DNA of 64,000 bases, from contig NC_043007.1 in the NCBI RefSeq assembly GCF_006345805.1, positions 37,572,001-37,636,000 on the forward strand, given 5' to 3'. How positions within the stretch are numbered: the first letter of the stretch is position 1; the number at the start of each line of letters is the position of its first letter. Both the position numbers and the translations under genes were made by a program. The notes below the pieces were generated by a model. It made no database searches and had not been told where the DNA came from. It worked only from the letters and a program-made list of their open reading frames with translations. Below are positions 50,750 through 63,839 of this stretch, piece by piece. The DNA comes from Octopus sinensis (lineage: Eukaryota).

Positions 50750-52142
50750 GCGATGGAATACCGCTGGTATAAAGCATTTCTCTACCATTGGTAACTAACT
50801 CTCTGCTTCATTAAAAAATCCAGTATTTCTTACTGGTAAGTTCAATCCTTTCTCTTTGTGTGCCAAGTCTACAAACGTTGGCGATTAAGGATCTCCATGT
50901 CAAAGTCAGATTCAGGATTTTTCTTGGGAAACATACAGCAGTGACTTCCTGCTGCCTTCTGCTGGTTTATTTACAGTTTACTCCGCTAGTCTCCTGCTCT
51001 CCTGACAATGTCCTTGAGGCACGAGGCCTATTTAACTCTCAAATAAGAGGACTGGTTTACGTGACAGTAGGGCGCGTTCATCTAGAGACCAGCCCACTTC
51101 AGAGTCCGCCACAAGAGTATCTTTTTATTGACTCATAAGTGGAGCTCTTGACAGGTACTAACCAAATCAGGGCCAGAACAGATTTGAGAGTAGTGGTGAC
51201 AAGCTTCATACATTCTCCAATTTCTTAAACTCCCAAGCTGGAATCTCACCATCGGATGCAGTTTAATGCCTTGCTCAGTTCATTCTAAACAATCACACGC
51301 ACATATACCTTTTGGTAATGCGTCACCCTATCTGCGATTTCCACCTGCGATTTTCACCTACAATGTGATTTTTGGTTAGGCGTACAAATTGAAAAGACTG
51401 CATGTATACAATCAAAACACGGCTTTAAATTATACAGTGTGACTCACTGGCGGATTTGAGAGGGTGGCTACTATGGGATTTATGAGCCATAAAAATCACC
51501 AACATAGATCAAAGTGTAGTTACGCTAGAAATCGAGCAAGGATCTCCGTCGGCTTCGACGATGAATATTCCGTTGATCAATCAAATGAATTACATGTTAA
51601 TTGAGCCCTGTGCCTGTCCAAAGCATTTTCATAAGTTTGCTATAAACGTCCATGCTTGTTTTCAGACTTTCAGTTAGCCCTTGCTCCATGCGTTCTGAAT
51701 AATATTAAAACGTTACTTTCCTAAGTCCCAAGTTACCCTGGTGGTTGACAAAAATTGGGAATATATATGATATATATATGATGCAAAGCCTGGCAAACCT
51801 GTCCTGTGTATCACATGTGATACACAAGACTGGCATATGATTATGTAGCGTCTGTAGGAGAACATTCCACAGACACGTGTATCATTGATACAATTCTCAA
51901 ATGAATCAGCGTAACACAATGTGACAAGCTGAATCTTTGACTTAAAGATACAATTCATCCGAAAGGCTTCCATATAGTTTCCGTTCGCCCAGTTTGACTA
52001 ATATACACGTGTAAGCACATATGAACACGTTTTTCTTTTTTAGCAATCGGCAGAAATAACTGAGTCAAGGGCCGTGTTTCCTGCGCTGGCACTTTTGATA
52101 AAATTCTAGGCCCTTGAGTCACTCTATAACTTCTACCGATTA

Positions 52143-52437
52143 TCTTTATATATAAAACTTTAGTTGTGTGAGTGTCTGTCCCATTCGATTTAAATTCCTA
52201 ACTACTCCCACATTTTGCGGTGCAGTTTAACCAAAAGCGGGTACCTTATAGTCGTGATTCTTATCGAGCCCTTCTGGGTATTAGCGCGCGTCTACGATGA
52301 GTCTACGATTTAAAAAAAACAATTACCATCGTTTTTCCGCATTTTTAATCCACTTTTCGCTCGGGAAGTAACTCTCTAAAAATGCTTATATAGTTATTTC
52401 CCTTACAAACCCGAGCAACGCCGGGCGATACCGCTAG
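52143..52437 (+). mobile_element. Non-autonomous Helitron, intact termini
   Basis: A|TC 5' end, 3' hairpin cccgagcaacgccggg followed by CTAG|T, no TSD. Confidence 0.88.
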
Positions 52438-53154
52438 TTGACAATAAAAGAAAACATATGTATACTCATGTTTTGGGTTTTATCTTCCTCTGTGTGTGTG
52501 TGTGTTTACGTACATATAACACATACACACACACAAATCATTTTAATAATAGGGAGAAAGAAAGGCCTAAAATGCTCGAAAAGACCTTTGACTAGAGAGG
52601 ACCCATATGTCCTGAGATATTTACAAATAGTCCTGCAGATATTAACAAATAGTTCTACATTTGTTCGTTTATCAAGTAGGAAAAACATTGTTAGATTCAT
52701 GAGAGAATCCAGTGGGGAAAATCTTTGCATGATTATCGTACAGATACTGCAAGATCACCAGGATTGATGTTCGATTCCATGAGACTCATGCGCATGTGAA
52801 TGCGTATACATGCATGGTATGTATCCGTGTGTGTGTGACACTGCATTGTTAAGAAAGATAACGTAAAGTGGATGTTCTTGTAACAAGCACTCCAGCTTTT
52901 ATTGCGTGTATAGGGAAGGTAGGAAGATAGAAAAATCGTTCGCCGGGAGTTACAAAAGGGACTTCTTGAGTGCAGTATTGAAGAAGAATGAGTGCAGCAT
53001 TTAAGGAGGTGGGGGTGAGAGCAGTATTCATTTAAGTGGGGGTTTTAAATACAACATTTGCATTAGAAACAAATACTGATATAGTTTAAAAGATGAACTC
53101 CCTTCCTTTCCTCCTCTCTCTCTCTCATGTGTCGTCTGTGTGTGTGTGTGTGTG

Positions 53155-53186
<32 letters not shown>

Positions 53187-53812
53187 ATGGGAAATATAAT
53201 TCCCGCGATCACTCCCAATACTTATACTACATCCTGGACTTTCACAACCACCACTGCTTAGAAGGAAAAGAAGGGGAAAAACAGCATTATTTTACGCGTA
53301 TACAAGTATATATACCTTCGCCTGAAGATCGCAATGGCGTGAAACTCAAGTTGCAAAACAAATTCAGTTTCAGATTGAATCTTTTAAAAAATATTTCCTC
53401 TACAACATGTATTGAACACTTCGTTCTCATTCATTCGACATAAAACAACGTATGTATATAATAACACACGCGCGTTTACAATAAACTAGGGAATAAGTTT
53501 AAAATCAAGAAAATCGCAGCAAAATTAGGAAAAGAAACAGTACTGATTAAACAAGGGGAGATAGAGAGATGGGAGAAAGACATACATAAAGATGATAAAT
53601 CATATACGTACATCTACACATATACACACATACGTACACACGCTACATATACACTTTTATATAGATTTAATAAAAACTTCTACACGTGTTAATAAAACAG
53701 GGACAGAAAAAATATGCAAGTTTTTATTCATATTGTGTATACAACAAACATACGCATATACATATGCACACACGCAATATATACATACATTCTCATTGAA
53801 ATATGTGAATAT

Positions 53813-53870
<58 letters not shown>

Positions 53871-55529
53871 AAGGAATGTATAAAGCAGACAAATAATGCC
53901 AGCAGCAGACAAACATGAAAATCAGCAAATCTACTCCCCTTCCTCCTTCTTGCGGTTCCTTATTTTCCTCCCTTAAATCTCATTACCACTCTATATCCTT
54001 CTTTCCTCTCCTTCTTTCTACCGACTATCCTTACAACTGTTTTCCGACACCCTCACTCCCTCTATATTTGTTTCCACCTCTGTTTGTACCTCTCACTCCT
54101 ACCCCGATCACCAGCAATGCATTTTTCCCTTACCGTACCCACCCCCCTACACCTACATACACGATTCTCCGTGTGCGCCTGCATGCGCGCTCCTTATTAC
54201 GCTCTCTTTACAAACTCTACCCCCCTCTCCGCCCCGCCGCAACGCTACAACTACTACTTCTAAATTTTTTTTCTCCTCTCACTAACCCTCCAGACGACCG
54301 GCCGCTCAACGAGGCTCAGCTACTCCAACTCCCTATGCTAATCCATCTCTATCTACACCCCTTTCAATCTGTTACTACACAAGACATGTAATAAAGGTTT
54401 GATCGCTTGGTGGGTGTGTAGCGCAATATGTGTGCGTGTGTACTTGTTTGTGTGTGTGTGTATAGCGCAACATAAGCAACTCTCAACCCTTGAGTCACTT
54501 ATATAACTTTACATGATTCTTCTATTTTCTTCCTTCAAACACATAAAAACATAGAGCGTGTGCGTGTGTAATTTTTGTTCGTTTGCGACATTACAGGCGA
54601 AGAGAATAAGTTGAGAAAATGTACCGGCAACAATAAGGATGTGCATTTTCACACGGGTATGTATATGCGTGTATGTGTGTGCATATGTACACACACAATC
54701 ATATACCATAGCCGTGATAATAAATATACGCTTGGCTACAAAATAAACAATTAAAACCTCCGCGATTCCCACCCATTAACAACCTGTCACGATAAGTAGT
54801 AGTAGTAGTAGTAGTAGTAGTAGCTGCAGCAGCAGCGTGCAACTACTACTACGATTTGGTTTTGTTGATGTGGTGGTCATGTTGAGATTCACCTAGAGTT
54901 GATTAGAATCAATCACCAAAGGAATCACTTTACAACTGAAAGGGTGGTGAATGTATGAGTGCTGATGGTGGTGAATGTGATGACAAATACTGTTCTGTAA
55001 CCCTACGTCATCCCTTAACGAGTAATTCCCATGGTGGTGGTGTGTAGGGAAGTCGGCCTGAAGTCGAGGCGCGACTCAAACAACAGATCCATAAAGAGTG
55101 GCGATGCGATGAAAACGCAGCAATTTGAAATCACATCACTTAAGCATAACAATGCTTGCCACAGTGTGTGTACACAAGGCGAGATGTTGGAATTTCGGGT
55201 ACGAGTAAACTATTAAATGCTCGCAGTGATGACGAATCCAGATTCCGTTCACATCCGTACTGGGGAATGCATTAAACAAATACCAGATACAATTACAAGA
55301 TTAAATTCCTAGCAAATTTTTGATCACTATTGTTTTTTAGCCCTAAATAAGCAACCTATGTATCAAAGACAATTCTATACGCTGTAACCATGTATGTTTT
55401 TTTAGTTACCAGCGCGAGTGGATGGAGTCTTACATTTAGGCTACTATTTCCAGATGGTCGAGGAACCGTGAGCACAAGGGGATCCCTGGTATGGTTCAGT
55501 GCCACTTTAAAAAAATGGTTATCTTTTAT

Positions 55530-55890
55530 CTTCTTTCAGTTGTTAGATTGCGACTATGCGGGGGCATCACCTTAAAGAATTTTTAGTCGAATGAATCGAC
55601 CCCAGAACGTTTTTATTTTAGGTACTTACTCTATCGTTCTATTTTGCCGAACCGCTAAGTTACGGGGACGTAAACACACCAACACCGGTTGTCAAGCAGT
55701 GTTGGGGGTCACACACACACACACACACATATATATGCGACGGGTTTCTTTCAGTTTCCGTCTACAAAAAAATTCACTCCGAAAGCTTTGGTTGGCCCGA
55801 GGCTATAGTAGAAGACACTTGCCCAAGGTGCCACGCAGTGGGACTGAACCCAGAACTGTGTGGTCGAGAAGCAAACTTATTTACTGCACA
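55530..55890 (-). mobile_element. SINE family A
   Basis: ccgaaccgctaagttacggggacgtaaacacacc...gccacgcagtgggactgaaccc. Confidence 0.85.
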
Positions 55891-56696
55891 GGCACAAAAG
55901 GTAGTGATAGTCACTTATATTAATACGTCGTGGGGTGGGGAGCATGACCGTCATGTGATCTCATTTCTCGCTTCACCATACAAAAGCACCGGTATTGGTG
56001 CTTGCATAAGAATGAAAATAACCATAATCATGATTAACAAAAACATTAAACCATTTCTTAACACTTGAAAAAGTTGTACAACCAAGAATGTTGGTAAATA
56101 AGATGTAGTGACGTTAAACGGAGTTCAATGCGTTAGCTGCGATCGTAAAATATAATAATTTCTAACATAAGCACAAGGATAGAAATTTGGAGCGAAGGGT
56201 TAGTCAATTACATCAACTGATAGTTTGTATTATCGACTCCGAAAATATATCATGGAAAGTTAGCCACAGTGGGAACTGAACGTGTATGTATGTATGTATA
56301 TAAAAACGACAGAGCTAAAAACAGCAAAGTATTTTGTTCGCTATTCGACGATATCTGCCGATCCACCTTCTTAGCTATCGTAATAACAATTTTTAATTTA
56401 GGCACAAGGCCGGTAATTTTTTGAGAGCGACCTCATTCCTTAATACTTTATTTTATAGAACCCTGGAAGATGAGAAGCAAAATTTATTTCAGTAGGATTT
56501 GAACATAAAACGTAAAAGACCGTAATATAAAATACGTCCTATACATTTTGTCCAACGTTCTATCGATTCTGCCAACCCATAAGAATAACTAGTGATAATA
56601 TAACAGCTTCGAACAAAAGAAAAAGCTATGAAATCGACTAAAGGGAAATTGTCACAACATTTACACACAGAGAAGAACAAGCTGCATGCATGCATT

Positions 56697-57120
56697 CATG
56701 CTGTGGTTAGGAAATTACTTCGTAAGCACATAGTCTCAGGTTCAGTCCCACCGGGTGGCATCTTGGGCAAGTGTCTAGCCCAGGGTGTGTAAGGCCTTGA
56801 GAGTGGATTTGGCAAACGGAAACTGAAAGAACTCATAGCATACCTGTGTGTGTATGTGTGTGTGAGAGAGAGAGGTGGAGGAGAGAGAGAATGTGTGTGT
56901 GTGTGTGTGTGTGTGTGTGTCTTCTTGTTACAGAATCGTATGAGTTGTATATGATTGTCACTGTCATACAAGCAGTGTTATTCATCTCCAGTATTCTGAG
57001 AGAAACATGTGTGATCACGGGGGAATATCACTTCGCTTGGAAACAGGTGAGGATCAGTGAAAGAAAATCTTGCAACCCATGCAAGCAGAGAGAAGTGAAC
57101 TTAACAGCAATGATGATATC
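56697..57120 (+). mobile_element. SINE-A head fused to a LINE-type 3' tail
   Basis: Head gctgtggttagg...ggttcagtccc...gaaactgaaagaa, (TG)n, then cttcgcttggaaacaggtgagg...catgcaagcag...aatgatgat. Confidence 0.6.
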
Positions 57121-57773
57121 GATATAAATGCATATATATATATATATATGAACACATGCACAAACACATTGAGGGTTAATTTTCTTTCAGCTCAAAGCAG
57201 TTCACATATACTACAAACAAAATGGATGAAATCCATCAAGTTTCATGGAAAACAACTTGGCCATCTTGTGATTTTGAAGCTACAAATAATAGGAGATGAC
57301 TCTTTTATGCATATAAATGTGTGTAATATATATACATATATATACATACATTTGTGTGTGTGTAGGTACAGGCAAGGTTGCATGGTTAAGAATTTCACTT
57401 TCCAGTCATATGGTATCTGGTTTAATTTTCCCATATGGTACTTTGGACGAGTGTCTTGAACTAGAGACCTAGGCTGTGCAAAGATTGTGAGTGGACAGAG
57501 AACCGAAATTAAAGAAGCCCATCATATGTGTTTATATGTATGTACGTGAGCCCTTCTCTTGATATCACACAATAGTTGCATGTAACTGTCACCCATAGAA
57601 ATATCATCATTTGTTTCCAATTATCTGTGAAAACATGTCCATGGGACATATTACATTGTTTGAAAACAGGTAAGGGTTGGTGAAAGGAAGAGCACCAAGT
57701 CATAGTAAATTTGTCTCAACAAATTTCACCTGACACATACAAGCTTGAGAAAGCAGATGCTAAAACAATGGTG

Positions 57774-57904
57774 ATCATCATCATCGTTTAACGTCCGTTC
57801 TCCATGTTAGCATGGGTTGGACGGTTCGACCGGGGTTCTGGGAAGCCAGAAGGCTGCACCAGGCTCCAGTCTAATCTGGCAATGTTTCTACAGCTGGATG
57901 CCCT
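57774..57904 (-). mobile_element. Interspersed repeat family D, 3' part
   Basis: catcatcatcgtttaacgtccgttctccatgttagcatgggttggacgg...ctacagctggatgccct. Confidence 0.85.
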
Positions 57905-58153
57905 GATGTTATACATATATACAGAAAGAGATGTCTGTAAGAGATAGAGGTTAAGAAACCATCTAAGTGATATTAAATACCCAATATACTACTGGATGTG
58001 TACCTATGTATTTTTAACTAAGTGTTTACTATTGCATGGCAATATTGCAATTGAATACTAGGTATGGGTGGGAGTAAATTGGAAATTTACCCAGGATTTT
58101 CTTATTTGCCCTATATATTTGCATGTATATATATAAACTTGCATGCATGCATG

Positions 58154-58203
<50 letters not shown>

Positions 58204-60897
58204 TATGAATATACATACATACATGTATATTCATTTATAAATATATGCATATACATATGTATATATAAATGTGTGTGTATACACATATACATATGCAAAA
58301 ATATATATGCATATGTTTATACATACTTATGTACCCATATATATGTGTATGTATATACAACTATATACACATATACATATATTTATAGACACACCTACAA
58401 ATGTGTGTGTTAATGTGTGTATGTATGTATTTACATACATATTTATGTTCACATCATCACGGTAAGGGACATGCATGTACTTTATATACTCAACCTAATG
58501 TTCCCATATACTCATTTAGTATCAGCATCCACATTCATCTTCCCCATTTATCAATTCCATGATCTCACTTCATTTTCTCAACTACAATCTATCCAGTGCA
58601 GTTTGGTGTCAAGAGAAAGCATGACTCCCTTGCCATAGAAATAAGCATCCACAGCATGCTCCCTGCAGAGTGGTTGGTGTCAGGTAGGAGATATCAAAAC
58701 ATGAAATCTACAAGCGGGATGTGGTTCTGCAACCCATCTAAAAGAGCGCCCAGTTGTTTATCAGGGATCCTTTGGACAACTTTGTTCTGACACTGCTTGA
58801 ACATTAAGGAGTCTTGATTTCTTTCAGCACAGTATTAGACAAAACCAGACCAGTTAAGGCGAAATAGCTGTGTTACTTTACATTTAAGTGCTCTGAGTTT
58901 CATTTGTGTAATAGGTGTGAGGTACAAGGTCCTAACCTTGGGTGATTTTTAAACATGATGCTAAGATCATCTGGTCAATGTTGTTGGCATACTGATCATA
59001 AACATGCGTGTATTATAATATATCTAATATACATATTGCATATATCATGTTATACATATGTATGTACATACAATATATATATATATTTACACACACAAAG
59101 TAGATGACATACGGTCAAATGATTAAGCAGTTCACTTCGCAACCACAAGGTACAAGACTCAATTCCACCTTAAACAAGTGTAATTTTCTATAGCCTGAGG
59201 TCAACCTCAGGACAGAGACTGTATAGAAGCCTATAAGATGGATTGTAAGAGTAAGCAAAGGTCCAGCTTTGTCCTACAGTGTCTTGATGATTGTATGAGA
59301 GAATTACACTAGGGGTACATGTCTGTGGAATGCTCAACCACTTACACATTAATTCAACAATCCTGTTAGTTTAGCTGATTGAACAACTGAAAACTGTTGG
59401 TTGGAAAGTCTGACAGACACTTCCATTTTAAACATTTATACAAGGACCTCACACACAAAGAAGTGTGATGCACCTGATAATCTTACCATAAGGCTTATGG
59501 ATAAAGGCCTTTTGTTTTGTTTTATTTATCTGGCTTACCATCAAGGGCATTAACTATTTCTGCATTTCATTACCAGGTCCTTGTTCTTTCTTTGCTATTA
59601 TTGTCAATTGTTTTGTGGTTGAACTTTTAAATAACAGAGCAAAAGTAGTGCACATGAAATAGAATTTAACTTTTTCTCTTTCCATCATGTTACCTTCTTC
59701 AGTTTCTGGAAAGTGTATTGGTATACAGAGAACTTTTCCTTGTGTGTGGTGTCTTTCGGAGTGATAATAAGTATGGCAAAACTAAGCTAGATATTTACAA
59801 TATAATTACTGAAATATAACTCATAGCAAGGAGATAAGTGATGCTACTGCCCAGAAATACCGATTCTCATACTGCACGTGGAAATATACACTTACAGCCT
59901 GCAAGAATAATTGAATAATTTTACACATGATTGTAACTGGTAGGGCATAACTGAATTAATTCAAAAGTGGTCGAGTACACCACACGCAAACATATACCCG
60001 TAAAGTAATTCGTTTACAAAATCAGTGTGACACAGTATCATAAAACTAGACCTTTGAATTTTAAGTGTAATCAATCTCACGGACTTCTACAGTTTCAACT
60101 CAACCAAATTTCTCTCAAAATTTAAAGCTCTAGCCATAGCTTTAGAAGTGACATATATACTCAAGATATCACATAGTAGCATCAAGCCCAGATTCTTGTG
60201 ATTGTAAAGTAAACATGTTAAACATTCAGCCATACTGCACATCATACTTGTATTATCCAAACAGACCTACATAAGAATTCACACCATTCCAGCGACTCCA
60301 GCGAGATTGGCTTAGCACATAGTCATCAGGGGCAGATAATTAGGAGGCATACGGTGTATGCATGGACACATGTTTGGTTTCCACCGGATAGCTAGGCATT
60401 GTTGGCAGCACATTTATTCAAGTTAATTAGTATGTGTTAGTCCATTTGTGTATCTAAGGATGTCGATGAGGTGCGGGGAATGCGATAGGTAGACGGGTAT
60501 GGTTTGATGAGAATAATACTGAAGAGCCCCTATACAATATATATAAATACAAAATATTTATATATATATCAATTTTACATATACCATGAATGTATTTTAT
60601 ACACACATATATATATGTAATCTATTTCATAAAGTTATATAAATCGACAAAAATATGATCTATATCTTTATAGAAAGTCTATATTATATAAATATCTTAC
60701 ATGTATATATCACATGTACATAACAATATATGTATTACACACACACATATATATATCATGTATATGTTATATGCATATAAATCCCACCCTCTCTTATGTT
60801 GTTTGTGCGCGTGTATGTGTTGCCTTTTAATAATATATAAATATATATATATATTTATTATGAGGTGGGAGCGCTAAGCAGTCAGGTGTATAAAAGT

Positions 60898-61084
60898 AAT
60901 GTTAATACCAGTTCAAATATGCTTGTGACACGTTCGAACTCGTAAGCACGCCATTCACTGTGTTTTGTCATAACATTGCATTTCTACAAGAACTGCGAGA
61001 AATTTTCCCCATCACAAAACACAGCGAATGGCTAGCTTACGGGTTCGAACGTGCCACAAGCATATTTGAACAGGTAATATCATT
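60898..61084. repeat. Imperfect hairpin (arms about 70 bp, 39-nt loop) between TA tracts
   Basis: taccagttcaaatatgcttgtgacacgttcgaactcgtaagc...tgtgttttgtcat mirrored by atcacaaaacacag...gcttacgggttcgaacgtgccacaagcatatttgaacaggta. Confidence 0.8.
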
Positions 61085-61228
61085 GCATATACACATATGT
61101 ATTTCTTCTTCATAGAATATAAATACAACATATATAATTATTAAAAAAAAGTATTATATATTTATCTATATATATTCCTATGAAATATTCCACACACACA
61201 CACATAATGTGTATATGACGATATATAT

Positions 61229-61262
<34 letters not shown>

Positions 61263-61638
61263 TGCCTCTACCTGTGTATGTGCATAATTCCATATGTGTA
61301 ATGTAAAAATTGTTAAGGTGTGACGTTAATAAAATGAAATACACCGGACCGTAGAGACAGCTGTGAGACAGACATGACACACGGAAATGAAGTGGAATAG
61401 GGGAGGGTTCAGAATTTGACACATACACTTATGAAACGAAACGCAGAGTGTGTGTGTGTGTGGATAGATAGATAGATAGATAATTCGTTAGTTTATATGT
61501 ACATTTATATATATATATATCAGTTAGATTACAGTGTATTATATTATATAAATTAGATTACAATCCATTACATACATGTATGTACATAAATTCGATATTA
61601 CATTTATAGATTCATTTATATATACATACATACACTCA

Positions 61639-61681
<43 letters not shown>

Positions 61682-61978
61682 CTATACACACACGCGCGCA
61701 AATATAAATTCGATAACATGACACACAGAGACACTTCCTTACACAAATTCGAATACATTACATTACTCTCGTACATTTGAACAAGTATATGTATGTGTAT
61801 GTAAGAATGGATTTATATATATGAGAGAGGGAGATTGACAAATAGACTTTAAAAAAAAAATAAATAGAAATGGGCGGTGATATACATAGACAGTGACAAC
61901 AGATTTCATATATATATACTCACACATACATAGAAACAAACACGCGTATAGAAATAGAAGGGATATGTCTATACTTAC

Positions 61979-62128
61979 TCCGATGTCTTCCAGGTCAATG
62001 AGAGACGTTGGTGATGGGGCATCGCGGCTTTTCTCCAATAGCTTATTCTTCCATTCCAACCAAAGGCTCGGTTCCGAATGGAATCTTTTAAACAGTAACA
62101 GTTCGTAACCATGGAATATGTGAGCCAT
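61979..62128 (-). CDS. LRR gene coding exon 1 (exon spans 61979-62163, including 35 nt of 5' UTR)
   Basis: Acceptor ctctttcccccag|AG at 62163, Kozak accATGg at 62128, donor GGA|gtaagt (phase 0); MAHIFHGYELLLFKRFHSEPSLWLEWKNKLLEKSRDAPSPTSLIDLEDIG. Linkage to exon 2 across 35 kb is inferred from phase and peptide continuity. Confidence 0.75.
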
Positions 62129-62399
62129 GGTGAACCCAGCACAGCGGCCAAGGCTGGCATGCTCTGGGGGAAAGAGATAGACTTAAATTTTTCTTCTTTT
62201 ATGCCTTTCCTTGTATGATATTCTGCTTTGGTTTGGGTCTTACAGTGAAAAGTTTCAAATCTGTTGACAGAATATATATATATAAATATATATATAATAT
62301 ATAAATATATATATATATTTATATATATATATATATATATGCGCGCGTGTATGTGACTCTTCTATAACTAGTGATATTGCTTTCCTTCCCTGTTACATC

Positions 62400-63300
62400 T
62401 CTTCATTCATCAAAGAAAACTGGCTTGCAGCTAGCTAACTAGCTTTGCTGACTGCTCTCTCTCTCTCTCTCCTTCGCTCGCTCTGTCTCTCTCCCTAATA
62501 TATGACGATGTTGACGAGACGGACGTCAAAAACACAACACTCACAGAACACACCACCACCAATTTAGTTACGAATTATTGTCAATCAAATTAATTAATTA
62601 TTACTATGTTGTTATTATTATTATTAATCCTTGTAATTATTGCTCCTGTAAAAATCTGCGCTTGGTTACCATTCCCAGCGACCGCCACACCACACGATTG
62701 CCCGTCGTCGTCGATGACGGCTGCGGCGGTTTGCGTACATGTCTGACAAAACAATCCAAGCTGGGATGGTCGCCATCATCGCTGCACGTCTCCCTCACTC
62801 TTTTTGTCAGTCTCTTATTCGCTTACCTTGTATCTTTTTTCTCTCTCTCTCTCACACATACACTCTCTCCCTCTCTCTCATTCATTTATTCTTTCTTTCT
62901 TCTTTAAATTTTATATATGTATATATACATATATATACATATATAAAACTTGTGCAAACATTATCTCCCCTGGTAAGTGGGTTGTTCTCCGATAGATGAG
63001 GCGCACTTCCTAGGCTAAAACACAAAGCACTCGCAGGGAAAAGAAAAGGAATGGATGATGAGAGAGAGGGAGATATAAAAAGGCACTTTTCCTCCCTTTA
63101 TCTTTCTCTTTCTATCTATTTACCTACTTTTATTTTCTCTCTAGTACTTGACTAAATCAGTCTTCGCTCACTCCTCTTACTCTCCCTCACTTAATCCTTC
63201 TCATACATTCACCCTCTCTCTCTCTCTCTCTCTATCTACTTATTTCTCTCCTTTGCTTCTCATTATACCTTTGTATTTCTTTATTTCTCTACTTTCTCCC
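62400..63300 (-). promoter_or_regulatory. Candidate distal promoter and non-coding first exon(s) of the LRR gene
   Basis: CpG-rich segment 62480-62800; - strand donors AATG|gtaacc (62669) and CAAG|gtaagc (62826); GA-rich tracts. Confidence 0.4.
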
Positions 63301-63754
63301 ACTACATGCACCCTTAGAAAATAGAAGATAATAATCCCTGATGAAAAATGTTTTATTTTTAGATTGCAAGACAAAATTATTACATATTTACGTACAAAAT
63401 AAATAAATACATATACATGTAAGAAAGTAGAGATAGAGATGAATGTAGGAAAGAAAGAGAGAGGGGGGTGTCTAAATGTGTGTGTTTGTTTCCATAAAGC
63501 ATGTGATTCTTTTAACATAAAAACAAACATATGTATAATAATGTATGCATACGTGTATGTATCTATGTGTATATATGTGTGTGTGTGTATGTATGTATTC
63601 ATATATGTGTATATACATATGCCTGTGCATATATGCATTATATACATATAAATATATATAATTAAATGCACATAAGTATATGTGTGTGTGTATATATATA
63701 TATATATAATATATATATGTAAGTGAACATTATATATATGTTCACATATATATA

Positions 63755-63785
<31 letters not shown>

Positions 63786-63808
63786 GCTTACACATACATA
63801 AGATTGTA

Positions 63809-63839
<31 letters not shown>

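Larger units (their letters stand above)
13298..62128 (-). other. Gene model: LRR + BC-box-like + Cys-module protein (LRRC58/LRRC28-like family), 5 coding exons, 415 aa, C-terminal CaaX
   Basis: GT-AG junctions with matching phases 0,1,0,1; 150+121+98+520+359=1248 nt with no internal stop; junction peptides read naturally (DLEDIG|GLPQGLWY, KKTG|ETLLSLYLN, NRLPRE|IFKCANV, RHLPG|YKVITF). Confidence 0.8.

Noticed and set aside
50860-51138. 92-aa + strand ORF
   Set aside because: No recognisable motif; lies in what looks like a decayed retroelement fragment
60250-60335. - strand CTGATGA with a possible stem (hammerhead ribozyme-like)
   Set aside because: The required GAAA core after stem II is absent
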